The notes under the pieces: generated by a model
Database searches by the model: none
Told to the model about the DNA's origin: nothing
Seen by the model: only the letters and a program-made list of their open reading frames with translations
Assembly (NCBI GenBank): GCA_002245135.1
Contig: NGBS01000299.1
Coordinates: 62,001-126,000, forward strand
Direction: 5' to 3'
Length of the DNA stretch: 64,000 bases
Origin: Proteromonas lacertae
Taxonomy: Eukaryota
Part shown: positions 61,679-64,000 of the stretch, one piece after another
Layout: every line of letters begins with the position of its first letter
How positions within the stretch are numbered: position 1 is the stretch's first letter
Translations under genes and position numbers: made by a program

Positions 61679-63424
61679 TTAATCAATTTTAATTTGTCTA
61701 TTAGTTAGTATTTTACACAAATCTACAACAAAAGTTCTTTCAACTAAAACTGTAATTATAATAACAATTAAACCTAATACTCCACCAGTCAATATGTGCA
61801 ATAATATATTGGAATGAACTTCTAATGGTTTGAAATAATTATTGGACATATGAATAAAACTGTAACATATACATAATGATATAATTATTGATGGATTTAT
61901 CATTAATTCTTTAAAACTATAACCATTTTCTTTACACTGATAATGTATAAAATAAAAATGATGTATAATTCTAACAATCATATTTACACAATTTCCATAA
62001 ATAAAACCAATTATACCATACCACGAATTGCAATTTCGTAAAAGAAACATATAAATATTATCAATGAATATATAAAAAAAAGATATACAAAAACAAATGT
62101 AACAAAAGTAATAATTATTGGCAACAGAACTAAAACCTTATTAAAGAATTCTAATTCATTTTGTTTAGCAGTTGCCATAAAATAACATTCAGTTATTCCA
62201 TTTAAAGCTAAGAAAAAGACATATAAAAAATAATTTTCAATCAAAACTGGACCTTTACTTCCATTACTTACCATATTATCTCCTCCATAGAAATATAATA
62301 AAATCGGTGAATATGTATGTCCGAAAAATGCAATTATCAATCCAATTAAAGTAACAAATTTTATCACTGTTTTAAGTGTTGCAAAACTTAGTTTTGTAGG
62401 TTTATTATTATGTTGATATCTTACTTCTTTAGAGAAAAAGATAAAGTAAGATTCCTCTAATGAATGAAACAAAAATCTTGGAATCAATGAACCAATATTA
62501 CTAACAACATCATATATACCTTGATCGTTGAAATTAATCATATTAAACATTGTCATTAAATACCTTTCAGCTTCAGTTAATATTTGTTTAATAAACGATT
62601 GCTTTTCAAATGTCCATAAATACTTTATTATTGTTGGTGAATACCAATTATCATCAGAATAAGATGGAATAAAATCTGATAAATAATGAATACTATTGTA
62701 TTTATCATCTTCATCCTTCTTTTTGTTCTTATTTATTACTATTGACACTCCAATTATGTAAGAAAGTAATATAGAAAATCCATGCACTAAATGAGAATAT
62801 CCATAAATATTAAGCTTCAATTGTGGCTTGTAACATAACAACATGATTATCATAGATGTTTGAATAAACAATGAGATTCCTTCAATTATTGTTTTTAACC
62901 CAAAATACATATACACTTGACAATAGATGTAAAATGGTTCTGACAATATTTCAAATATAGTTCCAATTCCATAGTATATTACATTAATTCTATAATTATC
63001 TGTTGTTAAAGGTGATGGTAATATATACGACCATATATAGCACATGATAACTGTAATTATCAAACCAATTGGTATGCACAACCATACTAAATTATTAATT
63101 TGTTTATATGGTGTATTTTTCGAATCTAAGCATACTTTTCTAAATGCTTCACGTGTAATAAATACAATTGTTGTATATAACAACTGTAATCTATAATATC
63201 AACATAATAAGAGAAATACCTTACATTTGCGATTCCAAGTATTTCTGAATCAGTATTTCTAGATATGTAACCATGCAATAAAAATGTAGTCAACCTAAAA
63301 ACTATCTAAATGAAGAAAATAAATGAATTACTAATACTTGCAAACCAACACCATAAAATATTGACTTTGTTGCATTGTGAAGAATATTTTTTGAATCTTT
63401 ACTCTCGTTCTTATCTTCAGTCAT
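61679..63424 (-). CDS. RFT1: RFT1 (Man5GlcNAc2-PP-dolichol translocation-associated protein)
   Basis: LQ|IVFRLTTFLLH...LGIANV|RLQLLYTTIVFITREAFR; EILSEPFY; QSFIKQILTEAER; QGIYDVVSNIGSLIPRFLF..LEES; LALNGITECY; GFIYGNCVNMIVRI. Confidence 0.93.
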
Positions 63425-63653
63425 AAAGAACAAAAAAGAAAATTAAAATGGGTGTTTGTAAATTTTTGAAAGCTTTTCATGTAACTTTCTATCTATAACA
63501 TTTTCATGAATATTAAGTGAATCAACCATTTGAAACAATAGACATGTATCCATTTGTAATGTTTTAGTTTGTAAGTAGCGTTGATAATATTGAAAAAATG
63601 AAGAAAACGATTCTGTAACGCATATATTTTCAATTTATTTATTTTTTATATTT

Positions 63654-64000
63654 ATGGCTACAGAGAGTGAGGACGATATAATGTGTAAATTTTTAGTATA
63701 TAAAATACATTATACATTAGACAAAAGCGTTTAGCAAGTATACAGCTTCAGTCAATTGCTCATTTCGTAAGGAACTAATAGTACCTATCGATAATGTGAC
63801 TAAAGAAATTGCACAGATTTTATGCTGTATAATAATTCTTGTTTATATTAATGTATTACTAGTAAATAACGCCGAAATATCCTGGTGGCAATATAAATAT
63901 CTCTCTATGTGGATTAGTAGTTCTACACAATCATATATAAATGTAACTAAATTTTTTAGCCTTCTTAATGTTGATCTACAACCAATTTTTAAAGGTTACT
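63654..64000 (+). CDS. Degenerate EF-hand-like family, copy 6 (5' part; runs off window; not in ORF track)
   Basis: ...VTKEIAQILC|LNNAEISWWQYKYLSMW...YINVTKFF, with the same phase-1 intron at the LC|LN junction as the other copies; first exon junction uncertain. Confidence 0.7.

Noticed and set aside
1..64000. Genome-wide stop-codon reassignment to explain ORF fragmentation
   Set aside because: Nearly all breaks are explained by short GT-AG introns or single-base indels; long intronless ORFs (PDR, CCDC180-like) have no internal stops, and TAA, TAG and TGA all appear to end genes.

Overview
AT-rich (roughly a quarter GC by eye), gene-dense eukaryotic nuclear DNA with many very short (~26-55 nt) GT(AT)...AG introns and intergenic spacers often under 150 bp. 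The short introns, the Blastocystis-type surface-protein modules and a flagellar CCDC180-like gene suggest a flagellated gut stramenopile related to Blastocystis (Proteromonas-like); this is an inference. Most ORF-track fragments are exons that I spliced by hand into about 23 genes: eIF5B (3' end), a nitroreductase with an organellar-type presequence, a 7TM-RGS receptor, a PA14/Ig-repeat surface protein, a kinesin-5-like protein with degenerate switch motifs, a bacterial-type FabI, a glycosyltransferase-like protein, a four-domain Cav-type channel, a tail-to-tail pair of surface metzincins, a WD40-multiTM protein, a PDR-type ABCG transporter, a small TPR protein, CCDC180 and RFT1. Best novelty candidates: (1) a six-copy family of degenerate EF-hand-like proteins with shared intron positions and a C-terminal motif I do not recognise; (2) a TGTCAAGC element 42-46 nt upstream of three start codons; (3) the channel's EDEE filter and an in-frame TGA inside a Cys run; (4) two apparent pseudo-kinesins; (5) the 7TM-RGS fusion. 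About ten single-base frame breaks, mostly +1, are probably long-read assembly errors. No rRNA, tRNA, CRISPR array or transposon was recognised. All exon boundaries are manual and no database searches were run.
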